A stretch of DNA of 64,000 nucleotides, from assembly GCA_030390025.1 (NCBI GenBank), contig CM059431.1, positions 136,588,001 to 136,652,000 on the forward strand, read 5' to 3'. This DNA is from Squalus acanthias (Eukaryota). Under the pieces are notes generated by a model. That model had not been told where the DNA came from. It saw only the letters and a program-made list of their open reading frames with translations, and searched no databases. The position numbers and the translations under genes were made by a program. Of this stretch, positions 27,601 to 41,836 are shown piece after piece; position 1 is the stretch's first letter, and each line of letters begins with the position of its first letter.

Positions 27601-30600
27601 GAGAATGAACTGCCTCTAACTGGGGAATGAAGAGCGAGACATGGAGAATGAACTGTCTCAAACCGGGGACTGAAGAGTGAGACATGGAGAATGTACTGTT
27701 TCTAACCGGGGACTGAGGGCCAAGACATGGAGAATGAAGTGCCTCTAACCGTGGAATGAATAGTGAGACATTGAGAAGGAATTGTCTCTAACCGGAGACT
27801 GAAGAGCGAGATATGGAGAATGAACTGTCTCTAATCGGGGACTGAAGAGTGAGTCACGGAGAATGAACTGCCTCAAACCGGGGACTGAAGAGTGAGACAT
27901 GGAGAATGAACTGTCTCTCAACGGGGACTGAAGAGCGAGACATTGAGAATGAACTGTCTCTAACCGGGGGCTCAAGAGAGAGAAACGGAGAATGAACTGT
28001 CTCTAACCGGGAAATGAAGTGCGAGACATGAAGAATGAACTGTCCCTAACCGTGGACTGAAGAATGAGACATGGAAAATGAATGGTCTCTAACTGGGGAC
28101 TGATGAGAGAGACATGGAGAATGAACTGTCTCCAACCGGGGAATGAAATGCAAGATATGTAGAATGAACTGTCTTTAACTGGGGATTGGAGAGTGAGACA
28201 TGGAAAATGAACTGTCTCTAACTGGGGACAGAAGAGTGAGAAATGGAGAATGAACTGCCTCTAACCGGAGATTGAAGAGTGAGACATGGAGAATGAACTG
28301 TCTCTAACTGGGGACTGAAGAGCGAGACATGGAAAATGAACTTCCTCAATCCGGGGAATGAAGAGCGAGACATGGAGAATGAACTGTCTCTAACCGGGCA
28401 CTGAAGAGCGAGACATGGAGGATGAATTGTCTCTTACTGGTGACTGAAGAGTAAGACATGAAGATTGATCTGCCTCAATCTGGGGAATGAAGAGTGAGAC
28501 ATGGAGACTGAACTGTCTCTAAACAGAACTGAAGAGCGAGACATGGAGAATGAACTGCCTCTAACCGTAAACTGAAGAGCGAGACATGAAGAATGAACTG
28601 CCTCTAACCGTGGACTGAAGAGTGAGACATGGAGAATGAACTGCCTCTAACCAGGGGCTGAAGAGTGCGATATTGAGAATGAACTGTCTCTAATCGGGGA
28701 CTGAAGAGTGAGTCATGGAGAATGAACTGTCCCAAACCGGGGACTGAAGAGTGATACATGGAGAATGAACTGCCTCTAACCGGGGACTGATGAGCGAGAC
28801 ATGGAGAATGAACTGCCTCTAACCGTAAACTGACGAGCGATACATGGATAATGAACTGCCACTTACCATAAACTGATGAGCGAGACATGGAGAATGAATT
28901 GTCTCTAACCGGGGGCTGAAGAGAGAGACATAGAGAATGAACTGTCTCTAACCGTGGGCTGAAGAGTGAGACATTGAGAATGAACTGCCTCTAACTGGGG
29001 AATGAAGAGCGAGACATGGAGAATGAACTGTCTCAAACTGGGGACTGACGAGTGAGACATGGAGAATGAACTGTCTCTAAGCGGGGACTGAGGGCCAAGA
29101 CATGGAGAATGAACTGCCTCTAACCGTAGAATGAATAGTGAGACATTGAGAAGGAATTGTCTCTAACCGGGGACTGAAGAGCGAGACATGGAGAATGAAG
29201 TGTCTCTAATCGGGGACTGAAGAGTGAGTCATGGAGAATGAACTGCCTCAAACCGGGGACTGAAGAGTGAGACATGGAGAATGAACTGTCTCTCAATGGG
29301 AACTGAAGAGCGAGACATGGAGAATGAACTGTCTCTAACCGGGGGCTGAAGAGTGAGAAACGGAGAATGAACTGTCTCTAACAGGGAAATGAAGTGCGAG
29401 CCATGAAGAATGAACTGTCCCTAACCGGCGACTGAAGAATGAGACATGGAGAATGAATGCTCTCTAACCGGGGACTGATGAGAGAGACATGGAGAATGAA
29501 CTGTCTCCAACCGGGGAATGAAATACAAGATATGTAGAATGAACTGTCTTTAACTGGGAATTGAAGAGTGAGACATGGAAAATGAACTGTCTCTAACCTG
29601 GGACTGAAGAGTGAGACATGGAGAAAGAACTGTCTCTTACCGGGGACTGAAGAGAGAGACATGGAGAATGAGCTTTCTCTAATCGGGGATTGAAGTGTGA
29701 GACATGGAGAATGAACTGTCTCTAACTGGGGGCTGAAGAGTGAGACATGGAGAATGATCTGCCTCAATCCGGGGAATGAAGAGTGAGACATGGAGAATGA
29801 ACTGTCTCTAACCGTAAACTGAAGAGCGAGACATGGAGAATGAATTGCCTCTAACCATAAACTGATGAGCGAGACATGGAGAATGAACTGCCTCTAACCG
29901 GGGAAGGAAGAGTGTGACATGGAGAATGAACTGCCTCTAACCGTGGAATGATTAGTGAGACATTGAGAAGGAACTGTCTCTAACCGGGGACTCAAGAGAG
30001 AGAAACGGAGAATGAACTGTCTCTAACCGGGAAATGAAGTGCGAGACATGAAGAATGAACTGTCCCTAACCGTGGACTGAAGAATGAGACATGGAGAATG
30101 AATGGTCTCTAACCGGGGACTGATGAGAGAGACATGGAGAATGAACTGTCTCCAACCGGGGAATGAAATGCAAGATATGTAGAATGAACTGTCTTTAACT
30201 GGGGATTGGAGAGTGAGACATGGAAAATGAACTGTCTCTAACTGGGGACAGAAGAGTGAGAAATGGAGAATGAACTGCCTCTAACCGGAGATTGAAGAGT
30301 GAGACATGGAGAATGAACTGTCTCTAACTGGGGACTGAAGAGCGAGACATGGAAAATGAACTTCCTCAATCCGGGGAATGAAGAGCGAGACATGGAGAAT
30401 GAACTGTCTCTAACCGGGCACTGAAGAGCGAGACATGGAGGATGAATTGTCTCTTACTGCTGACTGAAGAGTAAGACATGAAGATTGATCTGCCTCAATC
30501 TGGGGAATGAAGAGTGAGACATGGAGACTGAACTGTCTCTAAACAGAACTGAAGAGCGAGACATGGAGAATGAACTGCCTCTAACCGTAAACTGAAGAGC

Positions 30601-33600
30601 GAGACATGAAGAATGAACTGCCTCTAACCGTGGACTGAAGAGTGAGACATGGAGAATGAACTGCCTCTAACCGGGGGCTGAAGAGTGCGATATTGAGAAT
30701 GAACTGTCTCTAATCGGGGACTGAAGAGTGAGTCACGGAGAATGAACTGTCCCAAACCGGGGACTGAAGAGTGATACATGGAGAATGAACTGCCTCTAAC
30801 CGGGGACTGATGAGCGAGACATGGAGAATGAACTGCCTCTAACCGTAAACTGAAGAGCGATACATGGATAATGAACTGCCACTTACCATAAACTGATGAG
30901 CGAGACATGGAGAATGAATTGTCTCTAACCGGGGGCTGAAGAGAGAGACATAGAGAATGAACTGTCTCTAACCGTGGGCTGAAGAGTGAGACATTGAGAA
31001 TGAACTGCCTCTAACTGGGGAATGAAGGGCGAGACATGGAGAATGAACTGTCTCAAACTGGGGACTGACGAGTGAGACATGGAGAATGAACTGTCTCTAA
31101 GCGGGGACTGAGGGCCAAGACATGGAGAATGAACTGCCTCTAACCGTAGAATGAATAGTGAGACATTGAGAAGGAATTGTCTCTAACCGGGGACTGAAGA
31201 GCGAGACATGGAGAATGAACTGTCTCTAATCGGGGACTGAAGAGTGAGTCATGGAGAATGAACTGCCTCAAACCGGGGACTGAAGAGTGAGACATGGAGA
31301 ATGAACTGTCTCTCAATGGGAACTGAAGAGCGAGACATGGAGAATGAACTGTCTCTAACCGGGGGCTGAAGAGTGAGAAACGGAGAATGAACTGTCTCTA
31401 ACAGGGAAATGAAGTGCGAGCCATGAAGAATGAACTGTCCCTAACCGGCGACTGAAGAATGAGACATGGAGAATGAACGGTCTCTAACCGGGGACTGATG
31501 AGAGAGACATGGAGAATGAACTGTCTCCAACCGGGGAATGAAATACAAGATATGTAGAATGAACTGTCTTTAACTGGGGATTGAAGAGTGAGACATGGAA
31601 AATGAACTGTCTCTAACCTGGGACTGAAGAGTGAGACATGGAGAAAGAACTGTCTCTTACCGGGGACTGAAGAGTGAGACATGGAGAATGAGCTTTCTCT
31701 AATCGGGGATTGAAGTGTGAGACATGGAGAATGAACTGTCTCTAACTGGGGGCTGAAGAGTGAGACATGGAGAATGATCTGCCTCAATCCGGGGAATGAA
31801 GAGTGAGACATGGAGAATGAACTGTCTCTAACCGTAAACTGAAGAGCGAGACATGGAGAATGAATTGCCTCTAACCATAAACTGATGAGCGAGACATGGA
31901 GAATGAATTGTCTTTAAACGGTGGCTGAAGAGAGAGACATGGAGAATGAACTGCCTCTAATCGGGGACTGAAGAGCGAGACATTGAGAATGAACTGCCTC
32001 TAACTGGGGAATTAAGACCGAGACATGGAGAATGAACTGCCTCTAACCGGGGAAGGAAGAGTGTGACATGGAGAATGAACTGCCTCTAACCGTGGAATGA
32101 TTAGTGAGACATTGAGAAGGAACTGTCTCTAACCGGGGACTGAAGAGCGAGACATGGAGAATGAACTGTCTCTAACTGGGGACTGAAGAGTGAGACATGG
32201 AGAATGAACTGTCTCTAACCGGGGACTGAAGAGTCGAACATGGAGAATGAACTGCTCTAACCGGGGACTGAAGAGCGAGACATGGAGAATGAACAGTCTC
32301 TAACTGGGGACAGAAGCGTGAGACATGGAGAATGAACTGCCTTTAACCAGGAATGAAGCGTGAGACATGGAGAATGAACTGCCTCTAACTGGGGAATGAA
32401 GAGCGAGACATGAAGAATGAACTGCCTCTATCCGGGGAATGACGAGCGAGACATGGAGAATGAACTTCCTCTCTCCGGGGACTGAAGAGTGCGATATGGA
32501 AAATGAACTGCCTCTAATCGGGGACAGAAGAGCGAGACATGGAGAATGAACTGTCTCTAACCAGAAACTGAAAAGTGAGACATGGAGAATGAACTGTCTC
32601 TAACCGGGGAATGAAGAGCAAGACATGGAGAATTAACTGACTCTAACTGGGGACTGAAGAGTGAGACATGGAGAACGAATTGTCTCTAACCGGGGAATGA
32701 AGTGCGAGATATGGAGAATGAACTGCCTCAAACTGGGGACTGAAGAGTGAGATATGGAGAATGAAATGTCTCTAACTGTGGAATGAAGAGCGAGACATGG
32801 AGAATGAAAGGCCTCTAACCGGGGAGTGAAGAGCGAGACATGACGAATGAACTTCCTCTAACAGCGGAGTGAAGAGCAAGACATGGAGAATGAACAGCCT
32901 CGAACCGGGCAATGAAGACTGAGACATGGAGAATGAACTGCCTCTAACCGGGGAATGAAGAGTGAGACATGGAGAATGAACTGCCTCTAACCGCGACTGA
33001 AGAGCAAGACATGGAGAATGAACTGTCTCTAACCGTGGACGGATGAGTGAAAAATGGAGAACGAACTGTCTCTAACAGGGGACTGAAGAGTGAGACATGG
33101 AGAATGAACTATCTCTAACCGGGGGCTGATGAGCGAGACATGGAGAATGAGCTGCCTCTGTACAGGGACTGAAGAGTGAGACATGCAGAATGAACATCCT
33201 TCAGCCAGGGAATGAAGAACTAGACATGGAGAATGAATTGCCTCTGAACGGGGTATGAAGAGTGAGACAGTCAGAATGAATAGCCTTTTGCCAGGGAATG
33301 AAGAAATAGACGTGGAGACTGAACTGCCTCTAACCGGGGACTGAAGAGCGAGACATGGAGATTAAATTGCCTGTAATTGGGGACAGAGGAGCGAGAAATG
33401 GAGTATTAACTGTCTCTAACTGGTGTCTGAATAGTGAAACATGGAGAACGAACTTCCTCTAAGTGGTGACCGAAGAGCGTGACACGTGAAATCAATTGTC
33501 TATGCGGGGAATGAAGACAGTGACATGGAGAATGAACTGTCTCGAACCAGGTACGGAAGAGTAGAGACATGGAGAATGAATTGCATCCAACCCGGGACTA

Positions 33601-36600
33601 GAGAGTGAGACAAAGTGAATGAACTGCTTCTAACTGGGGAACGAAGTGCGAGACATGGAGAATGAACTGACTCTAACTGTGGAATGAAGAGCGAGACATG
33701 GAGAATGAACTGTGTCTAACCGGGGACTGAAGAGCGAGACATGAAGAATGAACTGTGTCTAACCGGGGACTGAAGAATGAGACATGGAGAATGAACTGTC
33801 TCTACCGTAAACTGAAGAGCGAGACATGGAGAATGAACTGCCTCTAACCATAAACTGATGAGCGAGACATGGAGAATCAATTGTCTTTAACCGGTGGCTG
33901 AAGAGAGAGACATGGAGAATGAACTGCCTCTAATCGGGGACTGAAGAGCGAGACATTGAGAATGAACTGCCTCTAACTGGGGAATTAAGACCGAGACATG
34001 GAGAATGAACTGCCTCTAACCGGGGAAGGAAGAGTATGACATGGAGAATGAACTGCCTCTAACCGTGGAATGATTAGTGAGACATTGAGAAGGAACTGTC
34101 TCTAACCGGGGACTGAAGAGCGAGACATGGAGAATGAACTGTCTCTAACTGGGGACTGAAGAGTAAGACATGGAGAATGAACTGTCTCTAACCGGGGACT
34201 GAAGAGTCGAACATGGAGAATGAACTGCCTCTAACTGGGGACTGAAGAGCGAGACATGGAGAATGAACTGTCTCTAACTGGGGACAGAAGCGTGAGACAT
34301 GGAGAATGAACTGCCTTTAACCAGGAATGAAGAGTGAGACATGGAGAATGAACTGCCTCTAACTGGGGAATGAAGAGCGAGACATGGAGAATGAACTGCC
34401 TCTATCCGGGGAATGACGAGCAAGACATGGAGAATGAACTGCCTCTCTCCGGGGACTGAAGAGTGCGATATGGAAAATGAACTGCCTCTAATCGGGGACA
34501 GAAGAGCGAGACATGGAGAATGAACTGTCTCTAACCAGAAACTGAAAAGTGAGACATGGAGAATGAACTGTCTCTAACCGGGGAATGAAGAGCAAGACAT
34601 GGAGAATGAACTGCCTCTAACTGGGGACTGAAGAGTGAGACATGGAGAACGAATTGTCTCTAACCGGGGAATGAATTGCGAGATATGGAGAATGAACTGC
34701 CTCAAACTGGGGACTGAAGAGTGAGATATGGAGAATGAAATGTCTCTAACTGTGGAATGAAGAGCGAGACATGGAGAATGAACTGCCTCTAACCGGGGAG
34801 TGAAGAGCGAGACATGACGAATGAACTTCCTCTAACAGCGGAGTGAAGAGCAAGACATGGAGAATGAACCGCCTCGAACCGGGCAATGAAGAGTGAGACA
34901 TGGAGAATGAACTGCCTCTAACCGGGGACTGAAGAGTGAGACATGGAAAATGAACTATCTCTAACCGGGGACTGATGAGAGAGACATGGAGAATGAACTG
35001 TCTCCAACCGGGGAATGGAATGCAAGATATGTAGAATGAACTGTCTTTAACTGGGGATTGAAGAGTGAGACATAGAAAATGAACTATCTCTAACCGGGGG
35101 CTGAAGAGCGAGACATGGAGAATGAACTGCCTCTGTACGGGGACTGAAGAGTGAGACATGCAGAATGAACATCCTTCAGCCAGGGAATGAAGAACTAGAC
35201 ATGGAGAATGAATTGCCTCTGAACGGGGTATGAAGAGTGAGACAGTCAGAACGAATAGCCTTTTGCCAGGGAATGAAGAAATAGACGTGGAGAATGAACT
35301 GCCTCTAGCCAGGGACTGAAGAGCGAGACATGGAGATTAAATTGCCTCTAATTGGGGACAGAGGAGCGAGAAATGGAGTATTAACTGTCTCTAACTGGTG
35401 TCTGAATAGTGAAACATGGAGAACGAACTTCCTCTAAGTGATGACCGAAGAGCGTGACACGTGAAATCAATTGTCTATGCGGGGAATGAAGACAGTGACA
35501 TGGAGAATGAACTGTGTCGAACCAGGTACGGAAGAGTGAGACATGGAGAATGAATTGCATCCAACCCGGGACTAGAGAGTGAGACAAAGTGAATGAACTG
35601 CTTCTAACTGGGGAACGAAGTGCGAGACATGGAGAATGAACTGACTCTAACTGTGGAATGAAGAGCGAGACATGGAGAATGAACTCTGTCTAACCAGGGA
35701 CTGAAGAGCGATACATGGAGAATCAACTGCCTCAAACCGGGGACTGAAGAATGAGACATGGAGAATGAACGGTCTCTAACCAGGGACTGATGAGAGAGAC
35801 ATGGAGAATGAACTGTCTCCAACCGGGGAATGAAATGCAAGATATGTAGAATGAACTGTCTCTAACCGGGAAATGAAGTGCGAGACATGAAGAATGAACT
35901 GTCCCTAACCGGGGACTGAAGAATGAGACATGGAGAATGAACGGTCTCTAACCGGGGACTGAAGAATGAGACATGGAGAATGAACTGTCTCCAACCGGGG
36001 AATGGAATGCAAGATATGTAGAATGAACTGTCTTTAACTGGGGATTGAAGAGTGAGACATAGAAAATGAACTGTCTCTAACCGGGGACTGAAGAGTCAGA
36101 CATGGAGAATGAACTGTCTCTAACCGTGGAATGAATGCAAGATATGTAGAATGAACTGTCTTTAACTGGGGATAGAAGAGCGAGACATGAAGAATGAACT
36201 GTCTCTAATCGGGGACTGAAGAGTGAGTCATGGAGCATGAACTGCCTCAAACCGGCGACTGAAGAGTGAGCCATGGAGAATGATCTGCCTCAATCCGGGG
36301 AATGAAGAGTGAGACATGGAGACTGAACTGTCTCTAACCGTAAACTGAAGAGTGAGACATGGAGAATTAACTGCCTCTAACCATAAACTGATGAGCGAGA
36401 CATGGAGAATGAATTGTCTTTAACCGATGGCTGAAGAGAGAGACATGGAGAATGAACTGCCTCTAATCGGGGACTGAAGAGCGAGACATTGAGAATGAAA
36501 TGTCTCTAACCGGGGACTGAAGAGCGAGACATGGAGAATGAACTGTCTCTAACTGGGGACTGAAGAGTGAGCCATGGAGAATGAACTGCCTTTAACTAGG

Positions 36601-38283
36601 AATGAAGAGCGAGACATGGAGAATGAAAAGCCTCTAACCGGGAACTGAAGAGCGAGACATGGAGAATGAAATGTCTATATACTGCGACTGAAGAGTGAGA
36701 CATGGAGAATGAACTGCCTCTATCCGGGGAATGACGAGCGAGACATGGAGAATGAACTGCCTCTATCCGGGGACTGAAGAGTGCGATATGGAAAATGAAC
36801 TGCCTCTAATCGGGGACAGAAGAGCGAGACATGGAGAATGAACTGTCTCTAACCAGGAACTGAAAAGTGAGACATGGAGAATGAACTGTCTCTAACTGGG
36901 GACTGAGGGCCAAGACATGGAGAATGAACTGCCTCTAACCGTGGAATGAATCGTGAGGCATTGAGAAGGAATTGTCTCAAACCGGGGACTGAAGAGCGAG
37001 ACATGGAGAATGAACTGTCTCTAATCGGGGACTGAAGAGTGAATCATGGAGAATGAACTGCCTCAAACCGGGGACTGAAGACAGAGACAATGAGAATGAA
37101 TTGTCTCTAACTGGGGACTGAAGAGTGTGACATGGATAATGAACTGTCTCTAACCGGGAAATGAAGTGCGAGACATGAAGAATGAACTGTCCCTAACCGG
37201 GGACAGACGAATGAGACATGGAGAATGAACAGTCTCTAACCAGGGACCGATGAGAGAGACATGGAGCATGAACTGTCTCCAACCGGGGAATGAAATGCAG
37301 GATATGTAGAATGAACTGTCTTTAACTGGGGATTGAAGAGTGAGACATGGAGAATGAACTGCCTCTAACCGGGGACTGAAGAGTGAGACATGGAGAATGA
37401 ACTGTCTCTAACCGGGGACTGAAGAGTGAGACATGGAGAGTGAACTTTCTCTAATCGGGGATTGAAGTGTGAGACATGGAGAATGAACTGCCTCTGACCG
37501 GGGGCTGAAGAGTGAGATATGGAGAATGAACTGTCTCTAATCGGGGACTGAAGAGTGAGTCATGGAGAATGAACTGTCTCAAACCAAGGACTGAAGATTG
37601 AGTCATGGAGAATGAACTCTGTCTAAACGGGGATTGAAGAGAGAGACATGGAGAATGAACTGTCTCTTATCGGGCATTGAAAAGTGAGACATGGAGAATG
37701 AACTGTCTCTAACCGGGAAATGAAATGCGAGACATGAAGAATGAACTGTCTCTAACCGCGGACTGAAGAGCGAGACATGGAGACTAACTGTCCTTAACCG
37801 AGGACTGAAGAATGAGACATGGAGAATGAACTTTCTCTAACCGGGAACTGATGAGAGAGACATGGAGAATGAACTGTCTCTAACCGGGGAATGAAATGCA
37901 AAATATGTAGAATGAACTGTCTTTAACTGGGGATTGAAGAGTGAGACAGGGACAATGAACTGTCTCTAACCGGGGACTGAAGAGTGAGGCATGGAGAAAG
38001 AACTGTCTCTAACCGGGGACTGAAGAGTGAGACATGGAGAATGAACTGTCTCTAACAGGTGACTGAAGAGTGAGACATGGAGAATGAACTTTCTCTAATC
38101 GGGGAATGAAGTGTGAGACATGGAGAATGAACTGCCTCTAACCGGGGCTGAAGGTGAGATATGGAGAATGAACTGTCTCTAATCGGGGACTGAAGAGTGA
38201 GTCATGGAGAATGAACTGTCTCAAACAGGGGACTGAATGTGAGACATGGGGAATGAACTGCTTCTTACCTGGGGCTGACGAGT

Positions 38284-39270
38284 CATAGAGTTATAGAGTA
38301 ATAACGGCACAAAAGGAGGCCCTTCGGCCCATCGTGTCCGTGCTGGCTCTCTTCAGAGCGTCGAGCCAGTCCCATTCCCCCGACCTATCCCCGTAGCCCG
38401 GCAAGTTTATTTCCCTCAAGTGCCTATCCAGTCTCCCCTTGAAAACATTGAGTGTCTCCGCTTCCAACACTTCCGTCGGCAGCGAGTTCCAGGTCGTCAA
38501 CACTCGCTGCGTAAAAAAGTTTTCCCTCCCATCCCCAGTGTATCTCTTGCCCAAAACTTTAATTCTGTGTCACTTAGTCTTTGTACCATCAACTAGTGGG
38601 AACAGCCATTCTCCATCTAACCTATCCAAACTCGTCATAATCTTGTACACCTCTATCAAATCACCTCTCAACCTCTTTGCTCCAATGGAAACAAATCCAG
38701 CTTCTCCAACCTATCCTTATAGTTAAGATCCCCCATCCCCGGAACCATTCAGGCAAATCTCCTCTGACCCCTCTCAAGGGCCTTCACATCCTTCCTAAAG
38801 TCTGGTGGCCAGAATTGGACGCAATACTCCAGCGCTTTATATAGATTCAGCAAAACTTCTCTACTTTTGTACTCAATATCTCTATTTATGAAACACAAGA
38901 TCCCATATGCTTTGCAAAGCACTCTCTCAATATGTCCTGCCACCTTCAGGGATCTATGCACATTAATTCGCTTCATCGATCCTCCCTGTTACTTCATCAA
39001 AAAATGCAATTAGATTGGTCAAACATGATCTGCCTTGTACAAATCCGTGTTGGCTCTGATTAATTAGCTTAAACCTCTCCAATTGCCAGTTAATTTTATC
39101 CTTGATTATTGTTTCTAAAACTTTCCCCACCACTGATGTTAAACTGACCGGCCTGTAGTTACTAGGATTGTCCTTAGAACCTTTCTGGTTCAATGGTGTC
39201 ACATTTGCCACTTTCCAATCCTCAGGCACCTCCCCCGCATCTAGGGAAGATTGGAAAATTATGGCAAGTG
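38284..39270 (-). mobile_element. 5'-truncated, internally deleted CR1-clade LINE of a different subfamily
   Basis: Minus-strand frames give IFQSSLDAGEVPEDWKVANVTP..NYRPVSLTS..QHGFVQGRSCLTNL, then VHRSLKV..EYCVQFW, then NFFTQRVLTTWNSLP. The 3' tail is CTCTATAACTCTATG. The segment containing YLDF and FADD is missing. Confidence 0.93.
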
Positions 39271-40662
39271 TGTGGGAAGAAAAATGAACTGCCACAAACC
39301 GGTGAATGAAGAGCGAGACATGGACACTAAACTGCCTCTAACCGGGGAATGCAGAGTCAGAAATGGAGAATTAAATGTCTCTAACTGGGGACTGAAGTGT
39401 CAGACATGGAGTTTTAAATGTCTCTAACTGGTGACTGAAGTGTGAGACATGGACACTAAACTGTCTCAAACCGGGGACTGCAGAGTCAGAAATGGAGAAT
39501 TAAAAGTCTGTAACCGGGGACTGCAGAGTCAGAAATGAAGAATTAAATGTCTCTAACTGGGGACTGAAGTGTGAGACAGGGAGAATGAACTGTCTCTAAG
39601 AGGGGACTGAAGAGTGAGACATGGAGAACAAACTGTCTCTAACTGGGTAGTTAAGAGCGAGACATGGAGAATGAACTGTCTCTAACCGGGGAATGAAGTG
39701 CGTCACAGGAAGAATGAATTGTCTCAAAATGGGGACTGAAGAGTGAGACATGGAGAATGAACTGTCTCTAACCGGGGGCTGAAGAGTGAGACGTGGAGAA
39801 TGAACTATCTCTAACCGCGGGCTGAAGAGTGAGACATGGAGAATGAAGTGTCTCTAACCGGGGAATGAAGTGCGACACAGGAAGAATGAATTGTCTCAAA
39901 CCGGGGACTGAAGAGTGAGACGTGGAGAATGAACTGTCTCTAATCGGGGACTGAAGAGCGAGACATGGAGAATGAACTGTCTCTCACCGGGGACTGAAGA
40001 GTGAGACGTGGAGAATGAACTGTCTCTAACCGCGGGCTAAAGAGTGAGACATGGAGAATGAACTGTCTCTAACCGGGGAATGAAGTGCGACACAGGAAGA
40101 ATGAATTGTCTCAAACCGGGGACTGAAGGATGAGAAATGGAGAACGAACTGTCTCTAATCGGGGACTGAAGAGTGAGACATGGAGAATGAACTGTCTCTA
40201 ACCGGGGATAGAAGAGCGAGTCATGGAGAATGAACTGCCTCAAACCGGGGACTGAAGAGTGAGACATGGAGAATTAACTGTCTCTAAACGGGGACTGAAG
40301 AGAGAGACATGGAGAATGAACTGTCTCTAATCGGGGACTGAAGAGTGAGACATGGAGAATGAACTGTCTCTAACCAGGGAATGAATTGCGAGACATGGAG
40401 AATGACCTGCCTCTGAACGGGGACTGAAGAGCGAGACATGGTGAATGAACTGTGTCTAACCGGTGACTGAAGAGTGAGACATGGAGAATGAACTGTCTCT
40501 AACTGGGGACTGAAGGTTGAGACATGAAGAATGAACTGCCTCTAACCGGGGACTGAAGAGTGAGACATGGAGAATGAACTGTCTCTAACCGGGGACTGAA
40601 GAGCGAGACATGGAGAATCAGCTGTCTCTATCCGGGGACTGAAGAGAGAGACATGGAGAAAG

Positions 40663-41832
40663 TGTAGGCTTCGCTAAATCCCCCAGAAACTCGAACAGAG
40701 TCCTAAAGGGAGTGATTTTTGGACTTTTCATACAAACTTGGGATGATGGGGCCTAAGTGAGTGATTTGATGTAAAAACCTAAATATCAGGGTAGAAAAAA
40801 CCTGAGGAAACTGATTTTTTTGAATCTTACTGTTGGGAGAGTCACCGTTCACAGACACAAGCTGGGAGGGCCGTGGCCGGGCAGTGAACAAATCAAGCTG
40901 TCTGGGAATTGTTTACACTACAAATCCTACCCAGGTGCAAGAGACAAAGCAAAAAGTCAAAAACACATCCCCAGGGGCAAACAAGATGCTGGAAACCTAA
41001 AAACGATTCAATGACAATATAACTTCGATCACACAGTTTCATAGCCATTATCCCATCAAAAAAAACAACCAACTAGGTACCCTCAGAACAGATTTAAAAG
41101 CCCGCCAATAAACCTAGGATAATAGGGTGGAGATTTGGCGCGTAGATAAGGCTGTGTTTAAATCGGAAAACGATCAAGGCATGTTTAACACTGAGCAAAA
41201 ACCATCGGAACTGGCAAGCCCGCCAAAAACTAGACAATTGGACGAAGCAAGGTTCATTTTGCAAACAAAAGGAATTTGTTTTAGTAAGTGTTTTTTAGGC
41301 GCGAAAAGAAACAGTATAATTTGGAAGCCTGTGCCATAATCTCTCTCTCTTTCGGACTGGCTGACGACGCGGACACAGCTCTCTCCCTACTCCAGCAAAA
41401 CCTACCACAAGCCACGAGGAAGAAGGCCAGCACACAAGAAGGCACCTGAGCGACTGTCTGAGTGACCAACAGACACCTCGCAGCAACAAGGGCCTTACGG
41501 AGTCTTTTTAAACAAAAGACTCTATTATCCTGTCAAGAATTCGTTGGTGAGCATTATCCCTGATCACCTGAAACCAAAAGCCTAGCCGGATAGTGGGATC
41601 TTTGGGAGGGATAAGGTTTTGTATGATATATTGTCATTTCCCTCGCTTGTACCGTGTGTTCCCCGAATCTGTGTTTAAGTAATAAGTGTGTTTCAAGTTT
41701 GTTACCTTTTGCTTTTAATAAAGTAAAATTCTTTCATCAGAACCTGTTTACTGCAATTTTGTTCACAACCCCTAAATAAGTCCAAAGTCTAGGAACCGGA
41801 GGGGTGTGGGAGCGATTATGATACCCCCTACA
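40663..41832 (+). repeat. 5' LTR (1170 bp)
   Basis: Begins TGTAGG and ends CCTACA (6-bp terminal inverted repeat). Direct repeat of 47704-48885. AATAAA at 41717-41722. Confidence 0.95.
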
Positions 41833-41836
41833 TAAA

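Larger units (their letters stand above)
1..40662. repeat. 43-bp tandem satellite array with higher-order repeats (consensus GAGACATGGAGAATGAACTGTCTCTAACCGGGGACTGAAGAGT), interrupted by four LINE fragments; runs off the left edge
   Basis: Continuous head-to-tail 43-bp monomers. Diagnostic variant monomers recur at spacings of 945, 1462, 2020, 2407, 5463 and 5583 bp, read from identical translated blocks in the ORF track. Confidence 0.98.

Noticed and set aside
1135..40267. Short repeated ORFs (MSHSS..., MENELS...) in the 43-bp array
   Set aside because: Translations of satellite monomers with no coding signature.
1..40662. CRISPR-like appearance (short palindromic repeats)
   Set aside because: No unique spacers and no cas genes; the context is eukaryotic LINE/LTR.
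40703..41489. Small ORFs within the LTRs and antisense ORFs over gag, env and the LINEs
   Set aside because: Short, not length-conserved between the two LTRs, and without recognisable motifs; shadow frames.
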